64,000 nucleotides of DNA, from the NCBI GenBank assembly GCA_001244265.2, contig CDLV01000012.1:496001-560000 (forward strand), written 5' to 3'. Source of the stretch: Microbotryum violaceum. Lineage: Eukaryota. A program made the position numbers and the translations under genes. Of the stretch, positions 27,576 to 40,399 are shown in pieces. The number at the start of each line of letters is the position of its first letter. Position 1 is the stretch's first letter. Below the pieces are notes generated by a model. It did no database searches and had not been told where the DNA came from. It saw only the letters and a list, made by a program, of their open reading frames with translations.

Positions 27576-29600
27576 ATGTCGGCGCACTCGAAAGGAGGTA
27601 CAGACAAGGGTTCAGGTGGAGGTGGGATGGGATGGAGTACGCCCGAGACCCTGTCGCCACGAAGCTACAGCCCCGTCAAGCCGACGTACCCGTCCTTTTC
27701 GGCCACGGGCTCACGCTTCAACTCTCGCGCGGGCTCACCGATCGCGACGACTAACATGGCCGCTACAAGTGCAGGACCGAACCATCCATTGCATCTCCCA
27801 CCGGCGCCCAAGTCGGCCCAGTTTCCCTTCGCTTCGACCTCGACTGCGACGTTGGGCTCGACGATGACGAGCTCGACTTCGACCTCGAGCTTTCGGCTCA
27901 CTAAATCGTCCGACGCGATCACCGCGGCCACGAGCTCAACCGGGCTTAGCGATGGCGGCATTGGTCAATCCACCGTGCGCATACGACGCGCTCATTCACC
28001 GAACCCATCCGTCAACTCTTCCGGGGTCTTTGCCACCACCAGCATCGACTCGGATGTGACGCGCCCGAGTCTACGCCGACTGACGAACGAGACCTCTTCG
28101 AGGGTCGCTTCTCCTTCAACGACCGCAGCAGTCGGCGCGTGGAGCGGCAACGGTGGTCCTGGTTCGGGAACAAACTCGACTCGCGCAAGCTTGGACAACC
28201 TATCAAGACCCTCTTCTTCCTTGAGGAACCCTGCCGCTGAAAGAGAAGTTGTCGTGCACAAGGTCAGCCCTTTCCTCTGACCGCACTGATTTCCCTCGAC
28301 CACGCGCCTCGACGTGCCGGCTAAACTCGTCGGAATTTTCCATTACTGCACACAGCTCGTCAAGACGGACACGTTGGCATCGATATGTCTCAAATACGGT
28401 ATTAGTGTGAGTGGAAGGATCTGAGTGGGTTCTACGCTCAGACGCGGCTGTGAAGCTCATTGTAAAGCCCCAATATTCGTGCAGGCCCAAGCCCTTCGGT
28501 CTTCGAATCGGCTATGGCCTTCGGATCCGATCCATCTACGAGCGACGCTCAACATCCCTCTGGATCAATGCCACTTGCCTTCCGCATCTGCCGGGATGGA
28601 GCGTATCGTACGCGAAGAAGATGGCAACTTGGTCGTATGGGAGAGGGATCGACCAGCCTCGACCTCGACCCGAACTTCCGAGTTGCCGTCTGCCTCAGCG
28701 TCGACATCGACGTCCCCGTGGTCGACTTTCAACACCATCGCTTCGTCGAGGAACGATATCGTCAGCCCTCGAGCCAGAAGAGTTGCGTCAAATCTGCCCG
28801 AGGTGACCGATTCAGCCAGTTCTTCGACGGCGGACCTGCTCAACATCTGGAACAATCCCGAACCTCCTCACTCGCTGCTCGACGATCTCGACGAAGACGA
28901 TGCCAAGACCATCTCGCTACACACTCAGTCGAACGACATCGCGAATGGCTTTGGAAAAGGCAAAGGCCGAGCCATCGATGCTTCTCCCGCCGACTACCTT
29001 TCCTTGACCAACAATCCTTTCGCCTCACCGACTCTTCAAAACAGGCTCATTTCCATCACCCCTGACCCACCGATAGCTCGATCACGGTCCTCGACGATGG
29101 GTTCTTCACCCTCATCGGTCAACCCTTTTGCTGTAGCTTCACCGCCGAGAGGTTCGAACAGTACCGCACCGGATGGTCTTTCCAAACGAACGCTCACGAT
29201 CGAGCGGCTACCCTCCTCGGCGCTCTCATTCTTCCCACCTTCCGCCAACTCCAGCTCCCCCGATAGAAAGGAGTATCTCTCATCACCGTTCTCCTCGCCC
29301 CAAGCATCCCACTCCATACCCTCCTTTGAGCCCTGGTCAAACGGCCACCGCACCCCCGCGCGCTTGAAACGGAAATCCTCCATATTCGGTCCGCTCGTCA
29401 ACACATTAGCCAGATTGACGACACTGGAAAGTGGGGAGGAGTACGCTCGGAGAAGTAGTGCTTCCTCGTCTCCCGCTGTAGCGATGACGGGAGCGAAGAG
29501 TGCATCATCATCGTCGTCGTCCTCGGCGGGTATGCAAAAGGGACAGCGTAAAGGGTGGGATTTGACGTATTTCGGGCAGGAGGAGTATGCTTCGAAATGA
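27576..29600 (+). CDS. LysM-domain protein, Ser-rich, no signal peptide
   Basis: Spliced LysM: VVVHK|LVKTDTLASICLKYGIS|AQALRSSNRLWPSDPIHLRATLNIP; two short introns. Confidence 0.75.
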
Positions 29601-30323
29601 TGGAGCCGCGGGTTAGGATTGGACGGTGTACGCTTACGCTGCTGTGCGAGGGCATTCTTTAATACAAGTGCGGAATTTTTAGTACATGTCAGAACCTGGT
29701 ATTTACACGTTGTTGGGAAGCTCCTACGCTGTGTCGGTGGGTAAGGCGGTACGGTACGCCTCGGCGCATTTGCTCGGACTGTGAAAAAAGGGGATTTGAT
29801 CAGGAGTTAAACTTGCGATTGACAAGTTGCTCGTCCAGAACTCTCACTGGTCGATGCTTCACAGTCGCATCAACAAACATCCGGGTCATTTTTGAGCAAA
29901 TGCTTCGTTGTTATTTTGGGTGTTTTGTGATAGCGCATACAATCACCCATGTTTTGAGTCTCTCGGGCTGATCGCGGCCATGCTTGGCATGCCACAGAGC
30001 GCGAGCGCGGGTGCCAAAACACCTAGGGCCAGTCAAGCAAGCCGGGCGCTTTTGAGATTGAACGAAGCCCGATCGCCTCCTCTTGTCGCTCATACCCCTT
30101 CGATTTACCCGAACCAACCTTCCAGAACGGTTCTCCACCTACTCGTTCGTCGATTCCGAATCTCGGCAGGGAAGAGGTCTACTCCCATCTTTCCTCTCCG
30201 AGCTCGTTGATCGCTCAGCCTCTTCTCGTCATTGAACGCGTCGGGCGCGAGGAGCGCACACGACGACCGAGCCTCAGCGTGCTGCTCATTAGCACTGGCT
30301 GCCAGGGCTGAGGCACCGACAAG

Positions 30324-33297
30324 ATGTCGACTTCCATCACGAACCGTACACCCAATGCACCGACTTCTCGTTTTATTGACTATGCGCCTCCCAAACTGAC
30401 TTCCCGCGTTACCCATTCTCGAACGGCGTCAACCTCGAACGCGATCACCCACACGGCCAACACCAGTACGACCCTCGCCGCTGCTGCTGGTGGTGCGGCT
30501 GGCGCGGGCGGCGCGACGACGGGGACGATGACGGCGGCGCCGATCGGCACCAAGCGTCGATCGCACCTACATAGTTTCGGCGGACTGATCAGGGGGGATA
30601 CACCGCGTTTCAATCTGGAAGGTCTGGACCGATTGACGAATAAGAGGGAACGGAGGTTGGTCGATGAGGACGATCAGGATGCGGTGCTCGTCGTGGAACC
30701 GCCAGCGACGCGCGCGGCGACGGGCACAAGTTCAATGACCACGATGACGACCGCGACGACGATGACCCGTGGCGGTTCGGCATCGGCGGCTCATGCTCAA
30801 GCACCACCACCACGAAAACGACGCGCTCTAGTCGACACGACACAACAGGATGGGGTAGTCGATCTGACCCACACTTCGACGACGCCGGCCGAAAGCCTCG
30901 CGAACGCAAAGGCACGATGGGAAGCCGAGGAAGATGCCGCGTACCGTACCATCTTTGGACTGGATAATAACCCCTTGGTGTCGGAGGATGAGAATGGCAA
31001 TCTTGTCCTCAGTCGTTTGAAAGGTCGTCCTTCGACGAGGCCTGGCACCACCACGGCCTCCACGACCACAACCACGGGCACCGCGACTACGACCACGACC
31101 TCGACCACGACCTCGACCACGACCGCCGCGACGACGATGTCCACTTCGTCCAAGCAATCGAGGGACCCGTGTCGCCAGACCCTCGAGGAGATCAATCGCG
31201 ATCATGAGATCGCATTCAACCCGACCGGTCCGATCGCCATGAAAGCCGCCGAAGATGCGCGCAAACTCGCCGCAGCAACGGTCGCCAAGGCGTCCCAAGC
31301 TGGTGGCGGTGGCGGAGCGACGAAGGACCACAAAAAGTCGATGCGACAGGAAAGAGCGGAGAAACACGACAGGCTCGTCCAGGAGTCCGCGACGTGGAGG
31401 AGCAAGTATAAGAAGGCGTTCCCGTCCTTTGTGTTTTACTTTGATGCTTTGGACGTGTCGACCGAGCTGCACTTGATTCGACAAGTTGAGCGACTCGGAG
31501 CCGTGAGTTACTCTGATCGGCTGCGCGACGGCGCTGGAAGACGTTTTGAACTGAATTTGCCTCTTATGATATCCTTCACAGTCCGTCGACAACTTTTTCT
31601 CCAAAAAAGTGACCCACGTCGTCACGTCGCGACCTGTGCCATCAACGAACAACAAGGAGAACTCGCCCTCCGTTACCGCCGCTTCAAAGAGTGCATCGGC
31701 CGCAGCCCATGTCGCTTACAATCCTGGTCCCGTATCTCATGAATCTACCGCTGGACCATTACGGACGAAGAAGTTGACGGCCTCGAACAAGAGTCCTACG
31801 ACGTATGCGCTGCCGAACGGCCAGAAACTGAGACCGTGAGTCGCTACCTCGCTGCCTGCGCGGGCTGAGGATTCTGCCGCTGAAAGCCAACTCGTCTGAC
31901 CTGTAACTCATCCATCATTGCGTGACAGATTTAGCGAAGGACTGGACAAGAACCCTTTCATCGATTCCCAAGATATCCTCTGCAAGGCTGTCGATTTCAA
32001 GCTCAAGATCTGGCACCTCGACAAGATCCACCTCATCCTCACTCGCATCAACTCGCACTCGCCTTCGAAGAACTCCGCCGAGACGACTCGTCCAGCAGCG
32101 GGGACCCAAGGTCTTTCCCTCCCTTCGTTGTTGCGAGATGAACAGCTTTACGGGACGCGAGAGCGCGATCCTTTCGTCCCTCGAGCCGATATGTACTACT
32201 TCGGTCCCAAGAGCGTGTATCTCCTCGTCGAGGATTCGACGGGCGAACATAGACCGATCGTGACGAAAGAATACGAGCGACCTCGACGGCACGAGGATCC
32301 AGCTTGGCCTGTATTGTGGGGCGGCGTTGAGGGCCGGGGAGGGTTCTACCACTTTGAAGGGGAGATCAAGTACGAACGACGGAAGCCACCGGCACCCAAG
32401 CTTGATCGTTCGACGGCATCGAGGAATGGCAAGTCGCTCAAGGCGATTCAGGCAATGGGCGCCACAGGAGGTCACGCCGTGGCCGCGAATCGTGCAGTTG
32501 GTGTCACTGGCGGTAACGCGGGTTCGGCCCCGAACCTGAGGCGATCGCTGTCGCTTCAGGCCATGACGAGAGGAGGCAAGACGGGACTCGTCGGTGCCGA
32601 CAGTCGAGGAGCGAGCGGTACATCGAAGGAACCGGAGTACCTCGCCGCTTCGGGCAACAGTCAGATCATCACGTCCACGACTGCAACCTCAACGCGTTCA
32701 GGTGCTCCAGTTGGTCGACTTGGCCATGGCGTCGTCGATAAGCGATTAGCAGTCCTCTCGCAACGTACCGTCACCTCCCTCGGGGGAAATTCCGCCTCCG
32801 GTGCTCGACCTGCCCCCGCTGAATTCTCAGCGGCCGGATCTTCTCGCCATCTCGCTATCCCAGGCGCAGCTCTCGGCGGAAACCTCCAAGGCAAGCTAAA
32901 GCGATCCGCCTCCGTCGATGCCGGTCTAAACGCCCGCATCCCCCCACCTCGCGACGAACCCAAAAAACCAGGGTACTGCGAAAACTGTCGTGTGAAGTTC
33001 GAAGACTTCAAGGACCACGTCGTCGCGTCCAAACATCGTCGGTTCGCGCAAAACCCCAAGAACTGGTACGAGTTGGACGACCTGCTCAGTTTGATCAGTC
33101 GACCTTTGGCTGTTCAATCGAGTGAGGATGAGGATGAAGAGATGGAGGAGGACGAGTGGGATGAGAGTGATGCGGATGCGCAGTTGGAAAGCTCTCAACC
33201 TTCGTCTGCGGAAGACTTCTTGGCCGGGGTCGGGGATGACTCCGGCTTCCATGAAGGGGTCGGGAGCGATAGTTGTGCTTCGGATCAAGAGGACTAG
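30324..33297 (+). CDS. DBF4: Dbf4/Dfp1/Him1 regulatory subunit of Cdc7 kinase
   Basis: Motif N (WRSKYKKAFPSFVFYFD...LGA...FFSKKVTHVVT), motif M (YLLVEDSTGEHRPIVTKEY), motif C zinc finger (KPGYCENCRVKFEDFKDHVVASKHRRFA). Confidence 0.92.
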
Positions 33298-33448
33298 AAG
33301 CTAGAGGAGGCCTTGTCATTTGTTCTTGTCAGTACGCAAAGCATCTTTCTCCTCAACAATACGCTGTATGCAAAGCTTGAGAGGTCAACAAGATCTCGAG
33401 TAAATTAAGCCACTGTGCCCAAACTAAGCTGAATCTACACTAAAACAA

Positions 33449-35884
33449 TCAGCCATACACGACCCCACCCGATGCCCCTCTCGTCGACTCTTCATACAAC
33501 GTCATTGTCAAACTCGCCAAGAAGCCCGGCAACGATCTCCTATTATCGAGCCAAAACGCGATGCTCCTCCTGACCTCCTCATTCTTTATGATTTTCTCGT
33601 CCGTCGCACTGACGGGCTTGTAAGGCATCGGCCCACCTGGCCAGGGATCGAAAGCCAACGAACGATCCTTACTCGGCGCGTACAGGGACGTAATCCTGAT
33701 CCGCCCCGATTCTAAAAAGGCGAGTTGGAAGCCAAGAAGGTCTTGCACGGCGAGTCGAAGAGATTCCGTCTTTTCCGCCATGGCCGACGAAATGCGCTTC
33801 AGCATCGTTTCCTTCTGCTGCACCTTCAGTTTGAGCGAGGCGATCGTCGCTTCGGCCGATTTGAGGGACTCGACGGGAACGAGCGTTTGAGCGTCACCAC
33901 CATCTTTTTGACCCCCGAAGGAGAGCTCGCATATCCGTTGCACCAATGAGATGTTTTCGTTCCTCAGCAACTCGAGCGTCGACGTCCTAATCGCATGTTC
34001 CATCCGATCCGGACTGTCGCTGTACTCGAGCACGCGCGTCGTCTCGGGGTTGAAAGCGCCTTTGACCCCGTGATCGCGCTCAAACGAATCGAGTTGCATC
34101 TCGAGCGCTTCCAACTCCTTCTCCAACAATTCGTGCGAGTTCTTGAGCTCGCCCAGCTCCTCGCGCAAAGCCTCGTTCACCCGGAGCTGTTCCATCAGAG
34201 GTGTGTTGCTGGACAGAGCTGAAGATGTCATAGTTGTAGTGGACCCTTCCACCTTGACGTCGGCCGCCTTACTTTGCGCCACTTCTTGCCAGTGGTTGAG
34301 TTGCTCGGTCGTGTCGGCGAGTTGTGCTTTGACACCCTCCAACAACTGCTCGAGCTCTTGGACCCGCGCAGTCTTTTGGGCATCAAAGTTGCCGGCTTGC
34401 TGGATTGCCTCCTCGGTGTTGTAGCTATCGAGATGGCGCTTGAGTAGATCGACTTCCCGCTGTAGGAGCCGCGATCGACCTTGTTCTTGTTTAACCGCCG
34501 CCTTGGCTCTCATTACGGCGTTCTTGCCCTCTTCGACTTGCTGTTCCGAGTCCGCGACACGCTTTTCGAGTTCGCCGATGATCGAGTCGCGCGATTGGAG
34601 TCCGTAGGCGTGCTGCTCAACCTTTTGACGAAAAGCGGCATTTTCTATCCGGGTTGCAGCTAGGGTCCGTGTGATCTTGCGAGGAGAAGAGAATTCTGAC
34701 GTGTCTGACGGGTCCAAAAACGCAGACCTTAAAGGACGCAAAAACGTGAATAATCAGCCATCGGCTACGTCTGGAACATGTGCACAAAAGCACGCTTACC
34801 AGTCCAACTTTTCCCGCTTCAGTCCTTCCAGCTCAACTTCTTGCTCGGCAACTTTCTTGACCAACTCATCGACCGCCTTGACTCTCCGCTCCAACGTTCT
34901 ATTGGCTTCTTTCACCACCTCGACGTTGACATGCTGCTTCTCAAAGACCTCTAGTCTTCGAGCGAGCCTCTGGTTCTCCTTCTCCACCGATTGCATGTGC
35001 GCGACTTGTCGATGCAGTTCATTTCTGATGACGGCAGCGGACGCCGAAGATTCTTCGGTACCCGTTCGCGTGGCCTTGATCGTCTCAATGTCTTGCTCGG
35101 CTTTGATTCTCGTTCTCCGCTCCTCTCCGAGTCGAACCTCCTTTTCTTCCAAAGCGCTCTGCAGCCGTTCGACCTCCGCCGTCAAAGCGCGTTCGTGATC
35201 GAGTGCGGCCTGTACCTTGCTCCTAGCCTGCCGTTCGGCGAACGTCCTTTCCCTCAAATCCGCCTCAACCTCGCTCAATTGGTTCTGCACCTCGACCAAC
35301 TCTTTCCTCGCCAGCCTCTCCAAACCCTCGGCGTCCCTCCTCCCCCGATCCTGATCATTCTTGATCTGAAAAGTCTTCTCTTCAAGCTCCCTCTTCAAGC
35401 TCAACAAGACGGCCTTTTCCCGTGTCGCCTTGTCAAGTTTGGCAGCTTGTTCTTCGAGTTGGACCTCGAGTTTGCGTTGAGCGGTGGTGGTGTCCACCTC
35501 GAGGCGGGCGTGCAGCAGACGCAGTTCCTCGAGTTCGGACTGGGATCGGTTCAGTTGGCGTTTGAGCGAGGCGATCTGGTCCGGATCTGGTGAACGGTGG
35601 GACGATGATCGTAGCCAGTGTTCAGTTTCGATGAAGAAAGAAATTGATATCTAACGATGTGATGTCGGGCTAACTCACCTTGGGAGAGCCCTGCGCTGGA
35701 GGAGCTGCGCTTGAGAGAAGCGAGTCTTCTCGCTGTCGAAGGGGGCGCATCCCCATACCGTTCTGTTCCGAATCAAACGCATCGTGTTAGTGTTCTCTCG
35801 ATCGGGATACGGAGGGAACAGGACGGGGTATGGTGTACCTGCCGAGCCCAGCGCGGAGGAAGGTCGAGCGAGTCTGGAGCCCAT
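33449..35884 (-). CDS. MAD1: Spindle assembly checkpoint protein Mad1
   Basis: Long coiled coil; TRVLEYSDSP (Mad2-interaction region), LELLRNENISL, TMLKR..., LRLAVQDLLGFQL, IRITSLYA, FWLDNRRSLPGFLASLTMTLYE. Confidence 0.85.
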
Positions 35885-36588
35885 CGAAGGGGTTGCTGAT
35901 GATGGGGGAGAGAGTTACTTCAGCTATGGTTAGTCTCCTGAACTATGACCCCATCTTGTATGCAGCTACTGACCCAGTATATCGCCCAGTCTGGCTTGCG
36001 GCCCCCTGCGTGCGACGCTCATCGGGATCCCTGAAGCGCCACTCGTCCCATCGCCTGCATGAACGCACCGACCGCACAGCCGAGAGAGATCATCAGCCCC
36101 TCTGATCAGACGGTCTCTTCAAATCCTGTACCCCCCCTCCCTCACCATTCGTCAAGGAAGACCTGGAAGAAGAAGGGAGAGGGATTCGTCCCGCTTTGGA
36201 CGTGGACGCGGCGGTGGCAGCAGCGGCAGAGAGCAGTGTCCGCGACGAGATCAATGGCGTCCTCAACGAGTCGGAGCCATACCGATCCGACATTTCCTCT
36301 TCCTCTTCTGGTCGGACCAGGTAAGGCGATGGGGAACTCGTGCAACGGTGGGCCGCGATGAGGGCTGGGGTGAGGGTGGGGGGACAACCTACTCAGTCGC
36401 CGATATCTCTTAGTGGGGCATTTCGTAACCGCATCCGAAGAAAAGCTAAGCACCATTCACTCTTTCCTCCGTTCGAGCTGGCGCGAGCCACACTGCACAA
36501 AAGGATACCTATGATATATGATAAAACACATGATACAACATGCCTGACTACTTCAACGGTCGCTGACCACACCCTACACACCTCACAT

Positions 36589-39148
36589 CTACACCCCGTT
36601 TGCAAAGTTGACCAGCAAGTCAAAGTCGACCGTGTCCAACATCTCCTGAAATCTTCGCCCCTCGATCCCCAACTCCAAAGGGTTCATCACCCCACCAAAA
36701 GTCGTCGTCGCCGCTAACGTCGTGGCCCCATGGTCCGGTCCCAACTCGGACACCGACCCATCGGTGACAGGGATCGAGGTCGCGGTTGAAGCGGTTGTGA
36801 CACCAGTCGGCATCTTTTCGACGGGTCGGAACCCGAGCGCGTGATGCTTGAGGTCCTTCTCGGGCAGGCAATGGGAAGGGTTCGCGAGGAGGTATTCAAG
36901 CGCAGTCGAGGTCGAGACGCCGAGGCCGGATTTGTACGCCCTCATTGCCGAGAGGATCATCGTCACTTCCGATCGCAGTCGGGTTTGCCCCAGCACGTCG
37001 ACGTTGCGCTCGATCTTGATCGCCAGTTCTCGGACGAGCGTGCGGCCCGCAACGGCCCATACGAAGTTGGTGAACGGCACCAAAAGACCAATCTCGAATG
37101 ACGAACCTGCGAAAACTCATTCAAAGTAAAATTTCCTGTACTTCCTCGCCGATGCTGTCACAGTCAACTTACTGTAAAGGGTGAAGATCGAGTTCAAGAT
37201 CGCCTTTGCGGATTGCGAGCATTTTTGCATCGAAACGTCGTCATCCCGAATGGTGCAGAAGGGCTCGTGCAAGAGGATCACCGCAGCGTGCGGCAGCGCA
37301 AACACGAGGTACATCCTCGAATCCGGGTTGGGGTGTTGATACAGCTGCTGGTACTCCCTGGGAACGTGGATTTGGTAATCGACGATCATTTGCTCCAGTG
37401 CTTGAAAGGCGGGAAGGTCGCGAGGGTCGGTAACCCGTGCAGGCGCATGCAAAAAAGCCAGATCGTTCGCGAGCGGCCCGTTCCGGAGTCCGAGTCCGAT
37501 CGAGGAACGTCTCAACCACGTGCTGACACGTCCTAGCAGCCAGACCGCTTTGAGGTACAGACCCATCGAGTCGACCAACAGCGGCGGGTTGTCCAAGAGG
37601 AACCGCTCGTTGTGGATCGAGAGCGGCGACGAGTTGAGCGCGTTCACCAGGTACCGCGCACCACGGGACGGCAGCAAAGTCGTGATGTCGTGGTCGTCGA
37701 TAACGTTGGCCCATCCCGTACTTGCACTGCCGAAACGATCGCATGTGAATCCAAGCCAGAACGTTGCTGCTCGCTCATAGAGTTCATCTTCATCTTCCGT
37801 TGGGCCGAGCATATGTGTCTTGAGGTGCTGCTTATCTGGGGGCAAGCTGGGCGCACTTCGTATATGGTTGAGACCGAGAGGTACGGAGAGACGCAGGGCT
37901 TGAGAGACCGCGAGCCATACCTCGCCGAATCGAGCGGCCGAATAGGACAGGAAACACACCAGCACGGCGGTTTGAGCGACCTGTAGAGGATTCGCATCGC
38001 TAATCCATGATGCCTCCAGCGTGTTTTTGGCGACGCGAGCATGCCAATCGGAAGGCGTCTCGAACTGTGACCAGTACCGCTCCTCACCAGCCCAGTAGTC
38101 CTCCGAGACCATCATGGACGCGGTGGCAATGATGGCGTGCAGGAGAGGGGTGATGGGGAACCGAGCGTGTGAAGGCGGCAGCTGAAGCGAGGCGAGGAAT
38201 TTGGCCCGGTTGATCATGCCCGTACTTGTGTGGATCTTATTGAAGTAGATGTCGACCAATCGCGAGACGAGCATCGGGGACGGAAGAGTCTTGGGCCATG
38301 ACGGGTGAACGAGATGGGATGACGGGGTGATGAGCGGCATCGGCATTGGGACAACGTGCCGCTGCACATAATGGGAACGATGAAAGTAGACATTGGGGTC
38401 AATCGGTGGTGGAAGTTCGCTGTCGAGCGCATGAATGAATACGTCGATGAGGTGCTCTGGCGCGTGGTCGAACGAAATCGTGTTGGCCGAAGAAATTGAC
38501 GCTCGCGAGGTGGAGGCGACGGGGGCGCCATCAAGACTGCCCGGCGAGAGGGAAGCGGTTGCTATCTCCGATGTCGACGGAATGACAGATGCGGTAGATA
38601 TCGGTTTGGTGTTGTTGCTGGTAAGGTCAACGATCTGCTTCTCCAGCTCGGCGATCTTGGCCTCGAGCGCGTGGACCTTGCCCCCACCGACGGGCCGCTT
38701 CCGCTTCTCTTCGGCGTCGTAGTCGCAAACGATCGAACAAGGCTCGCTGTGAGCAGGCCATGTTGAAAGAGATAATTTGCGTCAGCGGCATGTTCGATCC
38801 CGGGCCCGCCATCGAGTCCCAGCCAAGAATCGAGGCCGGTCGCAGGAACACCAAAGAGCAGAAACTCACTCTCCCTTGGCCCCGGCCGACTTTCTACACG
38901 GCGAACAAGTCGGTGCAATCCCATCGCACTTGACCTTGCGCGCACGACATACCAAGCCTAAGCAGGGAGCACAACAGCAATAGCAGAAATGTCAGCCTAG
39001 GTGTAAACTACTGGTCGTGTGCTCGACGTCATGACGTACAAGCGCGCCCCCTCTCGAGCGAGGTGTGTTTCAGCCCATGTATCGAGACCGGCCGAGCCAG
39101 CAGCGACTTGTCCGGAGTGGAGCTGGATGCCGCACGGTCTGGCGGCAT
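36589..39148 (-). CDS. Zn(II)2Cys6 transcription factor with fungal TF middle-homology region
   Basis: Spliced ERGRACLVCRARKVKCDGIAPTCSPC...CDY; LVDIYF, ALRLSVPLGLN, ERAATFWLGFTCDRFGSASTGW. Confidence 0.88.
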
Positions 39149-39430
39149 GGTGTATGCCGTGTAATTGTGTCGGTCGCTGTCGGTCGCGCAGATATGCCGC
39201 CACGAAGGCCTGCGAAAGAAAGCAAAGAGGCGCGAGTCGGGGAACGCTGATTGAGCGCCCGAGCGGCGGGCATCGGCGACCTTTCACAAGCGTATAATTG
39301 CGCGCGGTGCCGGCACCGGGGCTCGAGCTCTCCAGGTTGATTTTCGTGACTCGCCGAGAGTCTTAGGCCGGGTGTTCTTCAAGCACTGATTAAGGGCGAC
39401 CTTTACTCAATCTTGCATCGACTGATTACT

Positions 39431-40146
39431 CTAATGAGTTTCATTTCCAATCACTACCGGCTGGCCAGTTCGAGCACTGTGCAGAAGTGCCTCCATCGTT
39501 CTCATGGTCCTTATCGCTTCGCTCGCCGAGCATCCCGGTACCTCTTGGCCCCTGCATACCCCAACAAAGTTCTTCAACTGGCTCGTAAAAGGCGGTACAT
39601 CCTCCACCGAGGCCCTCTCCCCCTTTGTCAGCTCATCGGTCCAACACCCCTTGTCCCCCTTCTCGTAATGCCAAACGTTCAACTGAGGTAGCTCCGCACT
39701 GCCCTTCGTGCCCATGACTTTGTAGCATCCTTGACCCGACTTGGGGAACAATGGGTTCTCTCCCGTCGCCGATTCAAAGTTCCAAGGCGAGACGATTCGA
39801 TCCGAAAAGATGAAGGACCCCAATGCCCCGGGAGAGAATTGGACCGAGATGAGACCGGATTCTTAGACGCGGTCACGGTGCTTCTCGCTATCAGAGGGGA
39901 TAGGTGACAAATGGCAGTAGACTTGAGTGATGGGTCCGAGGAGGAAGATGAGGAGATCCAGATCATGGACCTAGCATGAGCTCGATTAAACTTGGATCAG
40001 GTCAGCCCAGATCGAGCTACCTCGAGGAACAAGCTGCTACTACTACGCACGAGGTTGATCATCATGACGCCCCCTCTTCCCGGCTTGAGGTGGTATATCT
40101 CGTTGATAGGGTTTGGCCGCTTGAGAGGTATTTGGGGAAGAAACAT
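39431..40146 (-). pseudogene. 5'-truncated Gfo/Idh/MocA oxidoreductase (C-terminal half only)
   Basis: GRGGVMMINL|VHDLDLLIFLLGPI...SPWNFESATGENPLFP...MGTKGS. No NAD-binding N-terminal domain fits in the ~250 bp before the neighbouring gene's stop at 40400. Confidence 0.6.
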
Positions 40147-40399
40147 GTGGGGCTCACGGCCGCCACGAGAGATGCGGGGACCGGCCCGGGGGCGCTTTGA
40201 TCGTTGTTCCGCCGTCGCCGCGGCCCACTACGTCGCCCTCGATCAGGCTCGGGTAAAGATCGCCTTTACCAAGGTCTCAAGGGGAACTACAATTTTCTAC
40301 GTACTGATAAAGTTGCAAGATGCGAGATAGAGCTAGGGTTGACATAGGTACAACGGGATGCTTTGCACGCCAGAGCCAAGAGAAAGGCTCGGAGGCAGC

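Noticed and set aside
30236-30241. MCB-like ACGCGT upstream of DBF4
   Set aside because: A single hexamer in CpG-rich DNA, probably within the 5' UTR; plausible but not distinguishable from chance.
24773-35884. NAP1-DBF4-MAD1 as a cell-cycle gene cluster
   Set aside because: Adjacency alone gives no evidence of co-regulation; needs synteny or expression data.
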